NCBI GenBank assembly: GCA_002633005.1 | Contig: NMRA01000182.1 | Coordinates: 257,077-321,076 of the forward strand | Origin: Phoronis australis | Taxonomy: Eukaryota; Animalia; Phoronida | Length of the DNA: 64,000 nucleotides | Direction: 5' to 3' | In this document: positions 1 to 10,876 of the stretch, piece by piece | Numbering within the stretch: the first letter of the stretch is position 1 | Layout of the letters: every line of letters starts with the position of its first letter | Program-made: the position numbers and the translations under genes | The notes under the pieces: model-generated | Seen by the model: the letters and a program-made list of their open reading frames with translations, nothing else | What the model was told of the DNA's origin: nothing | Database searches by the model: none

Positions 1-1118
1 CTTTGAAGATACAGAGGTAAACGTAAAAAACATAAATTGCCACTAGGGGGCACACCAGTAGTCAGATCCGTCCGAAAGTCATTCATTGTCAACATCATAT
101 AGATATACTTGCAGCATTTAGTAAAGATTCTGCCAATGGTTTAGGAAATAGAGCCATGGGCGCAAAAAGAGACAAAACTACCACTAGGAGGCGTCACAGA
201 AGTCGAAATTATCGGAAAATCATCGTCAATCGTCCTCTTCATAGTAAGAGCATACATGCCAATTTTCATAATCATACTTAGAGCGGTTTGGTTGACAGAG
301 GAGTGGACGCTAAAAAACAGACTCGAAAACAGCAAAAATGGCCACTAGGTAGCAAAAACTACGTCGAATCCATCCCAAAACGGGAGGATAGCATCATCTC
401 TCTAATAAGTGCCTATATTCCATATTTTATGAAAATTCCTTGAAGACCTTTGAAGATACAAAGGTAAACGTAAAAAAATTAAATTGCCACTAGGGGGCAC
501 ACCGGTAGTCAGATCCGTCGGAAAGTCCTGGTCATCCATTATCATAATTATATAAATACACTTGCAGTAAAGATCCTGCCAGCGGTTAAGGAGATACAGC
601 CATGGGCGCAAAAAGAGACAGAACTGCCACTAGGAGGCACCACAGTATTCGAAATTGTCGGAAAATCATCGTCAGCCGTCTTCTTCATAATAAAAACATA
701 CATGCCACTTTCCACGAACATCCTTAGAGCGGTTTGGTTGATAGAGGGGTGGACGCCAAAAAACTCGAAAACAGCAAAAATGGCCACTAGGTGGCGCAAA
801 CTATGTCGAATCCATCGAAAACGGGAGGATAGCATCATCTCACTAATAGATGCCTATATGTCAAACTTTATGAAAATACGTTTAGGACCTTTGAAGATAA
901 AGAGGTAAGCGTAAAAAATAAAATGGCCACTAGGGGGCACACCGGTGGTTGGATCCGTCCGAAAGTTCGCTCACGCCGTCCCATCCATGAAAGGAACATA
1001 TCTGCAAAATTTCATGAACGTACCTCAAAGGGTTTTGGAGATAGAGCAGCAGACGACAGACGCCCGATGAAGATGACGGCATAATGCATCCACATATAAA
1101 TATGTGGGCACATAAAAA
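1..1118 (-). mobile_element. Non-autonomous Helentron-type element (HINE/DINE-1/pearl-like), copy 1, cut by the window edge
   Basis: Same family as 29472-30973 and 36217-37726. It has the terminal hairpin atgcatccacatat-aa-atatgtgggcacat next to an A run, a degenerate (gacg/gaca) microsatellite and a central array of ~140-161 bp monomers. Confidence 0.8.
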
Positions 1119-2182
1119 TTATTCAGAAGACAGCTTTTGATGATGTCCTAAAAAGTTGCAATACTTAACCTATGTTAATTATGTCAAGTCCAACTTCAAC
1201 TGTAATTAATAAGCAGGTCTGAATGTTTCAGTTCAACCAATCAATGAACTCCGCTCATTCGATGGTTTTATCATGCAGAATTTACAACAATGACATTATA
1301 AAAAACAAAAGAGTTTCGCCCCAAAACATGAGCCAAAACAAGGCTTTCTAAAGATGTCACTGAATGGGGATGCAGTTTGCTGTTTGCTCTTTTTCCGACT
1401 TCAAACCAGAAACTTTTTTCAGTACACAGTGTGTCAGACAAGATTCAACATGCAAGAAAAGAAAAGCATCGTTACCGGTATTAATAGAATTTTTTTTTTA
1501 ATTTTCAAAGGCACATTTATTCTAAACACCTAGTACAAAAATGCTGTCACTACTTTCAGATGTCCTATGGTCTTAGTTTACCAAGGAATTCCGATTTGTA
1601 CCACAGGTTCGGTGTCTGCTGGTCTGGGACTGGAGTTTAGGGAATCGTCGTTAGATTTTAGAGGTTCTCTATTGTGGAACTGTATCCACGCCATTACAGC
1701 AGATATGTCAATCACAATCAATCAGCTGGTACAAGCAACATGACTTCTGTATGCATAGCATGATGGCTTGTCAATTGTGTGCAACTCCATAATGCACTGA
1801 GAGTGGACCTCAGATATTTAAGGTGAGTTTTTGAAACAAGAACGATTTAGTTTACTAGACAATTTTCAATTTTCAATGAAGACAATTCCTGTTGTTGGTG
1901 GTGAACTGTACATTTCTGTTCATGATGCCACTAAATTTCGTTTATTCTATCCCTTTCTCTGCAAAAGCGTAAACTTTAAAACTAAATTAAAACTACATTT
2001 CAAAAACTTTTTTATTATAACGTTACATAATAACATAATGCCAACAATGTAAATCTCTACACAATACCGTGATGTTTCTTACCTTTACCATTCTAATAGC
2101 ATTACTACATGGGCGCATAAAAAGCAATGACCTTGATCTAAACATCATGACCCAAACCATTTTTTTACTCTACCATACTAAC

Positions 2183-2356
2183 CTGACCCGATCATAGTCC
2201 CGGCCCCAGAATCTCTCCGCCTCACTACTATGTTTCTTTGCAGGAGATCGACTTTTTGACCGCTTCTTAGAGATCCCCCGGTGTTTGTCGAAGAATGCTT
2301 CTGACGGGGACAGTGACCGACTGGAGCGCCGCCTGTGTTTACTCGGAGACTTTGAC
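2183..2356 (-). CDS. SON-like protein, exon 4 (RS-rich)
   Basis: Acceptor ttcag, donor gttagt, phase 2 at both ends. Encodes (R)SKSPSKHRRRSSRSLSPSEAFFDKHRGISKKRSKSRSPAKKHSSEAERFWGRDYDRV. No downstream exon was identified in 1-2182. Confidence 0.8.
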
Positions 2357-2748
2357 CTGAATCAATCCAATTCGTGACGGAAAATAACAAGAGGTCCATA
2401 GGCAAATACTTTTACTTGGTTTGCTATCATTGTTTACTTTTAATTTTCCATGAGCTTTCCGGAATACTACTTTCATTTTACAAGAGTTCTTTTCCCACTA
2501 AAAATTGACCAATCACAATGCCTAACACTGTATTCAAATTGTGTAACTTAAAGGTAAATTAGAGCAAAGTTTGATGGTCTCAGACCCAGAGTGCTGAATC
2601 TAATCTCTGCACTCGAAACTTGGTTCAAGAACTGACCAAATTGCAAAGCAAGCTTCCAGTAAACTCAGAAGTTTGTAGTTGAATAATGCAACATGATTGG
2701 TTACGTTTTGAGTCTGAGCAGAATCTGAATTCAAAGATTACACCCTAC

Positions 2749-3007
2749 CTAGAACGCTTTGATCGTTTTTTGCTATCCTTGCTTTTCTCTCGACTTTTTG
2801 ACCTATCTTTGGAGCCAGACCGTCTCTTCTCACAGTCTTTCTCCTTGGCCTTCTTCTTTTTCTTCGACTTGTGTTTGTGTTTCTTCTTCTTTTTTTTCTT
2901 TGCTTTCGTGCTGCCATCTGTAATCGACCCGGTTTCCGACTTTTCGTCAAGGTCACCATAGATGTCACCGGAGGATTCTGACTCTGCAATAGAGTCTGTC
3001 AGCTCTC
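2749..3007 (-). CDS. SON-like protein, exon 3 (acidic stretch, poly-Lys/His, start of RS region)
   Basis: Acceptor ccaacag, donor gtaggg, phase 1 in and phase 2 out, matching both neighbours. Encodes GELTDSIAESESSGD...KAKKKKKKKHKHKSKKKKK...KRSKRSR. Confidence 0.85.
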
Positions 3008-3938
3008 CTGTTGGGTTAAAAATGTCAGAAACACTAGCAACAATAATCAGTATAATGTGACTGTACATCATCTCTCACAACTCCAAACAAATTTAAGCAA
3101 TAGCCAATTACAGAGGTCACCGATTTTAAGAACCAGTTTGATGCTCACTATTCAGTTTCCAAGACAACTGGTTCTCAAAATACGGAAAATCCCTTGCATG
3201 CGAAACTTTATTGCCCACATTAATATGGACTACAACCACCCAAAGCTCACATTAACAGGAGAAAAAAAAATCATTATTAGCAATAATTTACTTTCAATGT
3301 GTTGGTAAAGGAGTGGCGTTAATAGGACATTAAATACATAACATAAACATTCATAATTATGATTTTCATGAACATTTCATAAAACAGTTGACTAGCAAGT
3401 CGTTTGACTAGCAAGACCTTCTATCAATCCCAGATAACCAAATATTGACACTAAGGGACTACTCTGTATCTGCTCCTACAAGGGACTACTCAGTGTTATC
3501 CCTACATGAAATCAAACATGGCACTGCACCATGTTTGAAATGTTTTGTAATATGTTTAGGAATCTTGAGGCATGTATGAAAAGCAACAGGCATGTTCCAA
3601 AAGTTAAGCAATGTTTGAAAAGCCAGCCTTTTTTCTGCTTCACCAGACAAATCATTGAAATAGTATTGCATAGTTGTATTTATTTCTAACTATTCTGTAG
3701 AAAAACAACAGTGACTTGCTCAGTAAGTGAAAATAATACGTAAGCACAACTTGCTTTTGTGAATTACAAGAATGAACATAAGAACACAAAAATATGACAC
3801 GTAATGCCAAGTTTGAATTTTTGCTCAGGGAGAACCTTGCTACTAACACCTTCACAAATCCTGCTAGCAGACCCAAGTCAGATTTGGACATTACCACAAA
3901 ACCTCTTTTAAATGAAAGACTTTCAGGAAGCAAGGGGG

Positions 3939-4154
3939 ACTGATCACGTGGGACCAGTTACTCATATCGCCACCTAGCTGTACCAAAAGTTACGTTTTGC
4001 AGCGGATGGCATAGGGGAACAGTTCAAATTCATGAAAAGACCCTTTTCCAATGTATGTGATTAGGCGTGATGTGTTTTAAACACACGTTATAACATACAT
4101 CATCGTCTTCTTATAGTTCCAGAGACCACTGGTATCCGGTCCCACTTGATCAGT
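3939..4154. mobile_element. MITE with 17-bp terminal inverted repeats (TIRs); inverted relative at 40447-40640
   Basis: actgatcacgtgggacc (3939-3955) and ggtcccacttgatcagt (4138-4154) are 16/17 complementary. The interior aligns in reverse with 40447-40640. Confidence 0.7.
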
Positions 4155-4318
4155 GGCGATGTTACTTTTTCAAAGTCTTCTATTTTAGTTACTTGTCAAG
4201 TTAGGACTGGTTTTGTCCTTTCTAGACCAAATTTGAAAGCAAACCTTTAGAGTACAGTCAAACACATAGCAGATTAATATATAACTGTTAGAACTGCAAA
4301 TATTAAAAAATCTTGTAC

Positions 4319-4839
4319 CTTCTTCAGCGTTATGCACCTTTTCTTTAGGAATGGCCACTCCGGATGATATTAAAGCTGCACTGGTCTCAGATATCTTTAA
4401 ACCAAATGTTAATTTCCCTCCTGTCGACTTTTTATCACCATCTGCAGTGCCATCTACCACACCATCTGCAGCTGCCATGGTCTGTTTCCTGTCACCATCA
4501 GCAACACTCACCCGTTCTCGTTCAATCATATCAAATTTGCTTTTCAGAAAGTCGAGCATTTCCTCAGCAACACTTGAAGAAAACGATGCGTTCTCATCTT
4601 TGACATCAGTGATGTCAGAGGTCACCACAGACACAGGCTCAATCTTAATCGTCTTTTTATCTGGTTTCTGATCTTCATGATTTTCTAACGATGCCACAGC
4701 TGCTTTTCGTTTGAGCTGCTCTAGCTTGGTGCGAATCAGCTTGATAGGTGCTGTCTTTGTAGGTTTGGGTTTGGTCCTGTTCCACTGCTCATTTCCCGGC
4801 CCAGGTTGGGGCAAAGGAATTTCGGCCAACTTGGGATCA
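4319..4839 (-). CDS. SON-like protein, exon 2
   Basis: Acceptor ttttcag, donor gtacaa, phase 2 in and phase 1 out. The peptide EEMLDFLKSKFDMIERE resembles the SON N-terminal motif EQIFRSFVVSKFREIQQE. The exon is well supported, the SON identity is inferred. Confidence 0.8.
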
Positions 4840-5319
4840 CTGAAAAAAACAAGCAAGAAACATTCTGTCTTCTGGTTTAGAAACAATGATAAATAAAACA
4901 GCTTGAGTTTTTATTTTTGTAGAATGGCGTATAATAATATAATGCCACTGATTGGAGAAGGCGTTACAGTGTACCCAGAGTGAATAAATACTTATGTTGC
5001 AATGATTCCACAGCTTGTCGCTGATATCGCCGCTTAAGAAAAACCCGTTACCGAGTGGCTAACAGAGGCTCATAGGATTCACCGGACACACATCTACAAC
5101 ACTCCTATAGGAAGGTTTTCGGCAAATTATGCCTCACACTGGAAAAGTCGCGTTGTTATAAGTACCGCTTTTGTGCATATAAGGTCACCTTAGCTTTATG
5201 AGGCCGTCACTGTCTTTAATTCCTTTTAACAAATACTCCCACAATCAAACTTTTTCTTCGAGCAGTCCTTTGTGCAGATGCCCAAATCAAAACCTGGCCA
5301 GTTTTACACTGCTTGCATT

Positions 5320-5900
5320 CCAGTTTACTGCCCACTCACCAGGAGAGCGCGCACAGTGTTAAAAATGGCCAGTTGATGATTTGGGCAACTGTATTGACGA
5401 CCCAAACTGATGCCTGAGCCAAAGTGATTTGGCGCACTTCTGTTTGACGCAGGTTGGTTACCCAAACTGATGCCATGGCCAAACTGAAGCTACTGTAAGT
5501 TCACAAATTACTGCCAATGTTTTATGTTTTTTAACAGTTATCAGAACCCAAATTAACGACAAGGAATGCAGGATGTTGCCTTATAGTTTCTCAGGACACT
5601 TCCACAATGTGAATTAAATCCTTATGACCTGCACTCATTGTTGCCAATGTCAGTTCTGATAATTGTTAAAAAACGTAGTAATTTGGGAGCAGTAACTTCA
5701 GTTTGGCCAAGGCATCACTTTGGATCACTAACCTGCCCCAAATTGAAGTGCGCCAAATCAGTGTGGCGCAGGCATCAGTTTGGGCTCCAACAATGCCAAG
5801 TCGCATTTGGTGACTTCGCAAAAATGCCAGTTCAGTTGCCCAAATCCACAACTGGCCAATTTTACACTGCGTGCCCTCCTTTGGTAAATTAGCAGAAAAG
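5320..5900. mobile_element. Foldback MITE with long (~170 bp) imperfect inverted arms
   Basis: cagtgttaaaaatggccagttgatgatttgggcaactg...ggccaaactgaagctactg on the left is the reverse complement of cagtaacttcagtttggcc...cagttgcccaaatccacaactggccaattttacactg on the right. Confidence 0.7.
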
Positions 5901-6781
5901 GTAGTCTCTGTTTAGGACAAATTTGTTGTAACATAAATCAGGAATCTCAACATTTTTGCATTATCCATTCTTGTATATATTTCATAAAATGCCACCATTA
6001 TTAAAACTAGAAACCAACCCAGTTACGGCAAATGACATGACATCGATTTCCAGTTCCCCTGTTCAATCACTGAATGACGGGTATTGTTCAGTGATTCCCT
6101 AAATCTCAGACTTAATTGTTCTAAGTTGTATTTTCATATTTAATCATATACAGCTGTCTGCCTTTAAGTGCAGGAACTCTAGGATTTATTATCTGACCAC
6201 TGCACTTACCTTATCTTTATTTCCTTCAAAGAGGATCTAAGTGTTGCCTATCATTTATGGGTCTTCCATGCATAGTTAGTGTCTGACTTTGGTAAGTTTT
6301 AAGATAACAAAATAAGGTCCACTGCTTACGGTGCACAGATAGTGTAAAACACTATGATGAAGTAGTTGTACTGCAACTTCAGATTGTCTTGTCAAAATAC
6401 CTTTTTTCTGTGTATCCATTTGTGGTGGAATTAATTGGAAACTTTTCGAGGCTCGATTTTGAATCAGTTGTGATTTTGTGACTGAGCATTAGTGAAGGCT
6501 GTTTGTTATGATGCATATGTACCTGTATGAGATTGTATCAAAATGAGTTTTCTGTTTCTGTAGCCAACAACAGAAGATGCTTTCTTACATAACCAGTCGG
6601 AAAATTTGTGAGCGGCCGAGGTGATTGCCTCAGTTTATGTGAATTTTAAAAAATTCGAGCAACAACAGACAGGTACTTGTGTGTGACAGGAGGCTTTGCC
6701 TTATTTAGTGACCTCACAGAATCAATTTCACAATATTGGAATCGATTCCCGGGTTGGGTAATCTCAGCTATCACTACAAAT

Positions 6782-6911
6782 CAGGGCTTGGAATGACCAA
6801 TGACAAAAAACGCGGAAACTTTTACGGCCCAAATCATGCCCGATTAACAAGCCTTTGAAATGGTCAATGTGAACCTTTCCGCGACAAAAATCGGGAGGAA
6901 TAAAAAAAAAA
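6782..6911. mobile_element. End fragment of a CAGGG-terminated (hAT-like) MITE, truncated at an N
   Basis: cagggcttggaatgaccaatgac matches the left end of the element at 24109-24362. Confidence 0.55.
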
Positions 6912-7384
6912 NACTAGGACCCGTGGACCTTGGACGGCGTGCATGGTCGTGGTGATGGTAAAAGTTCCAGGAGTCGAGGACCTGTTTGAGAGACAACATT
7001 GTGTTCAACTGTGTTGTGGTGGCAAAGGTACCAAGCCAAGGGAAGTTGACGACCTGTATGCAAGACAACCTGGTGTTCACCTTCCTGAAAGTGCTCATGG
7101 TCCATAGGAAAGGGGGGAATGTTGTAGATGGTGAATCATATGAGCCTGTTAGCCACTCGCTAACGGGCAATCGCCAGTTTTATGGAGGTCGCTGGTTCGA
7201 TTCCCATGTCGGGTAAATCTTGGCTATTACTACAGGAGCTTCACCCTCTCTACTGGGGACAGCTTAAGATGGTGGTCACTGTCAACAGTTTGTCTACAGC
7301 AACACTACTACACTGCTACACGTCTACAGTACAGTACACTGTACAGGCAGCATAAAGCTGAGCTAGCCACGTCAAAATACAGCT

Positions 7385-8730
7385 AGGTACCGGTGACCCC
7401 AAAATTGCACACAGCCAGGGTAGTTCTGCTCGTCACCTCGTCGTGAAACTTGTATCAACATGTAAAAGCTAAAAACCGGACGGGGTGCTTGCAAAATCTG
7501 GGAATCAACCAACACTCACCATTCCCGTTACAGCCGTTTAAGTGAAAAACAATCTAATAAAAGTCATTTTGTTGCGTAATCCTCTGCCTTTTCTAACAAA
7601 GAAAAGTTACGTCGTCGTTTCGAAAACAGTACATTCGTGACATATACGTGCATGCGCCATTTCCAAAATTTTTGCGACATCTCTCAGGAGATGATGATAG
7701 CTTGGTAGCAGCAAAATTTCTTCTGAAGTTAGGTTTGCTGGTATTAAAATTTTAAAAACTTATAATGAAGTGAAACCAGTTCCGATAATTTGTTGTGTCG
7801 TGTACACAACCTCATGAAAGAACAACAGTTGATTGAAGAATCGGCGAAAAAAGAAACTGGCCAATAGGTAACGCAAAATTTCATGGTGGCGAAAGCCGAC
7901 GCAGAAGATCGCTCCACAACTTTAACACCATTTTTTCCAATACCAGAAAATAATTTTATTTACTCAAATAAGTGTGTAATTTTTAATGACACTAATTTTG
8001 TGTATGATTTTATCTTACTACTTTTTTACCCACATCAGTGCAAAGCTGTATATTTAGTATACAGCTTTGTACCAAGACTACGTAAAAGCTAGCCTTGGTA
8101 CAAAGCTGTAGTAAGTAGTAAGATAAAATCAGACACAAAATTAGTGTCATTAAAAAATACAGTCTTCCTTGAGTAAACTAAATTATTTAATGGTGTTGGA
8201 AAAAAATGGTGTTCTACCCTTATTCTGCTGCTAAAGTTGTGGAGCGATCTTTAGCGGGCTTTCGGCAGCATGAAATATTGCGTCACCTATTGGCCAGTTT
8301 CTTTTTTCGCCCATTTTTCAATCGACTGTTCTTCTTTCATGAGGCTGCGTACACGTCACAACTTCATTAAAAGTTTTTAGAATTTTGATACCGAAAAAAC
8401 GAACTTCAGAAGAAATTTTGTTGCTGCCAAGCTGTCATCATCTCCTGAGAAATGTCGCAAAAATTTAGGAAATGGCACGTGCGCGTGACACGAACATACG
8501 ATTTTCAAAACGACGACATACTTTTCATTGTTAGAAAAGGCCGAGAGTTACGGAAGAAAATGACGTTTATTGCATTGTTTTTCAACGGCTGTAACGGGCA
8601 AAGTATCTGTTGATTCCCAGATTTTGCATGCACCTCATCCAGTCTTTAGCTTTACATGTTGATACAAGTTTCACGGCGAGGTGGTGAGCAGAACTACTCT
8701 GGCAGTGAGCAATTTCGGGGTCAACGGAAG
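7385..8730. repeat. Large imperfect inverted repeat (arms ~7385-8022 and ~8114-8730) with a central hairpin
   Basis: gtgaaacttgtatcaacatgtaaaagctaaa pairs with tttagctttacatgttgatacaagtttcac. ttttatcttactact pairs with agtagtaagataaaa. The centre reads cagctttgtaccaag...cttggtacaaagctg. Confidence 0.8.
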
Positions 8731-8748
8731 AAATACATACAGTGGTTA

Positions 8749-9332
8749 CAAGGTACCTAAACTACACGGTCAACGGACTCAAAAACATGATCCACGCCGA
8801 TAAAGCATGCCATAAACACGGGACACGGACTCATCGCCTTCCTAGGTCAGCCTCAAGATGGCGTTAATCTGCTTAGCGATCAGCGCTCTCTTGAGGCTTG
8901 CGGATGAGGATGCTTCCCAAGTCGCTAGTCTCACTGTCAAAATTAAGATTTGATGTTACAAACAGGTTTGGAAAGTCAATAAATTGCAGAACGAATAATT
9001 AGTTTCAATAATGTTTATTGTTTCTAAATCACAACAATTGCATCACAGTACAGACAAAAATAACATCAAAAATATATTTAATCTCGCACCCATTACACAG
9101 CTGTCAACGCTGAAGTTGACATTTTGTCCGTTGACCGTGTTTGGCGGTCCGTTAACCGTGTTTCCTCGTGAATATGAGTCCGTGTCCCGTGTATTTGGGT
9201 GCGTGGATCGTGTTTTGTGAGTCCGTTCCCGTGTTTGTGAGTCAGTGGACGGTGTTTGCCGGTCCGTGAGTCGTGTTCATGCGTCCGTTCCCGTGTTTTT
9301 GAGTCCGTTGACCGTGTAGTTTAGGTACCTTG
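8749..9332. mobile_element. Young MITE with ~38-bp perfect TIRs and short subterminal repeats
   Basis: caaggtacctaaactacacggtcaacggactcaaaaac ... gtttttgagtccgttgaccgtgtagtttaggtaccttg. It is absent from the duplicate flank, which reads gtggttacctagc at 10591-10603. Confidence 0.85.
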
Positions 9333-9496
9333 ANNNNNNNNNNNNNNNNNNNNNNNNNNNNNNNNNNNNNNNNNNNNNNNNNNNNNNNNNNNNNNNNNNN
9401 NNNNNNNNNNNNNNNNNNNNNNNNNNNNNNNNNNNNNNNNNNNNNNNNNNNNNNNNNNNNNNNNNNNNNNNNNNNNNNNNNNNNNNNNNNNNNNNN

Positions 9497-9972
9497 ACGA
9501 TGAGGCCAATAGAGAGTCGTAATGCTCAACGCCGGTAAAACCGGGCAAGGTGTGGCCCGCCGAGTCACACAGAGTCGGTGAGGTTAAGCGTACGAGGATA
9601 GGACAACTATCAAACACTCCACATGGTCCGTGTCGGGTCACGGAAACCCCAAAGCAGGTAGGCCTGAAAATACGATGAGGCCAATAGAGAGTCGTAATGC
9701 TCTGCGCCGGTAAAACCGGGCAAGGTGTGGCCCGCCGAGTCACACAGAGTCGGTGAGCTCGGTCGTCCAAAAACTTCCAAGATGATTATATAGGATAAGA
9801 AGAAAATGCTCAGTAGCAAAGAGTTATGCAATTGAGCGTGGTCGCGGTATAACTTGCGCGAAAAAACCTTCCAAAGGAAAAACACGTCTTCCTCCAGAAG
9901 ATAAGTCCGTGGAATGGTTCGCTTTGCGCATGTCCGTATCTCATGGTAGTACTCGGGGGAATTCTGGGAGGA
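9497..9972 (-). mobile_element. End of a GC-richer inserted element with 175-bp internal repeats (possibly the 5' end of a DIRS-like retroelement)
   Basis: There is an abrupt junction with the duplicated flank at 9973. 9497-9582 recurs at 9672-9757, and the element runs into the N gap. The class assignment is tentative. Confidence 0.45.
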
Positions 9973-10598
9973 ATAAAATCAGACACAAAATTAGTGTCAT
10001 TAAAAAATACAGTCTTCCTTGAGTAAACTAAATTATTTAATGGTGTTGGAAAAAATGGTGTTCTACCCTTATTCTGCTGCTAAAGTTGTGGAGCGATCTT
10101 TAGCGGGCTTTCGGCGCCATGAAATATTGCGTCACCTATTGGCCAGTTTCTTTTTTCGCCCATTTTTCAATCGACTGTTCTTCTTTCATGAGGCTGCGTA
10201 CACGTCACAACTTCATTAAAAGTTTTTAGAATTTTGATACCGAAAAACCGAACTTCAGAAGAAATTTTGTTGCTGCCAAGCTGTCATCATCTCCTGAGAA
10301 ATGTCGCAAAAATTTAGGAAATGGCACGTGCGCGTGACACGAACATACGGTTTTCAAAACCACGACATACTTTTCATTGTTAGAAAAGGCCGAGAGTTAC
10401 GGAAGAAAATGACGTTTATTGCATTGTTTTTCAACGGCTGTAACGGGCAAAGTATCTGTTGATTCCCAGATTTTGCATGCACCTCATCCGGTCTTTAGCT
10501 TTACATGTTGATACAAGTTTCACGGCGAGGTGATGAACAGAACTACTCTGGCAGTGAGCAATTTGGGGGTCAACGGAAGAAATACATACAGTGGTTAC
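9973..10598. repeat. Near-identical duplicate of 8123-8749 across the assembly gap (likely the other haplotype)
   Basis: Only scattered substitutions over ~625 bp, and the two copies flank the N gap. Confidence 0.8.
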
Positions 10599-10767
10599 CT
10601 AGCTTTATTGTCATGCTAGCTGGCTGGCTACGACTAAAAGCTAAGCGTCGAGCACTGCAGTGCATAAAAAGTAAGCACAGTAACAAACTTCAGAGAGCAG
10701 ATCAGTGTCATAGTGACTTGTGATATAGCGTCTTCACAAAAATAAACAAAACAGAACAATTTTTTAC

Positions 10768-10781
10768 CCAGATCCTTCCAT
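10768..10781 (-). CDS. SON-like protein, coding part of exon 1 (MEGSG)
   Basis: ATG GAA GGA TCT GG|gtaaaa is phase 2 and joins the exon 2 start (T GAT CCC AAG) to give MEGSGDPKLAEIPLP. Promoter-like motifs lie just upstream. Confidence 0.65.
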
Positions 10782-10844
10782 TACAAGATTCGAAGTGCGT
10801 CCAAACTCTGAACTCTGCTCACATTTTCTTCCACTCCATGTTGT

Positions 10845-10876
10845 GTCACGTGACTACCGAAAGTGCCATCTAGTGC
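10845..10876 (-). promoter_or_regulatory. Promoter motifs of the SON-like gene: palindromic E-box and CTCF-like site
   Basis: GTCACGTGAC at 10845-10854. The minus strand reads GCACTAGATGGCAC at 10863-10876, 13/14 to CCASYAGRKGGCRS. Confidence 0.5.

Noticed and set aside
141-908. Family of similar short ORFs (…PPSG…) here and at 29615-31092 and 36703-37886
   Set aside because: These are chance translations of the non-coding HINE repeat, and their frames are not conserved between copies.
1575-1695. Possible next exon of the SON-like gene
   Set aside because: The phase-2 frame after gatacag hits a stop within 7 codons, and the other frames lack a compatible acceptor.
6913-7216. GC-richer stretch with overlapping ORFs, possibly a LINE or exon relic
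   Set aside because: No reverse transcriptase or endonuclease motif was recognisable, and no consistent splice sites were found.
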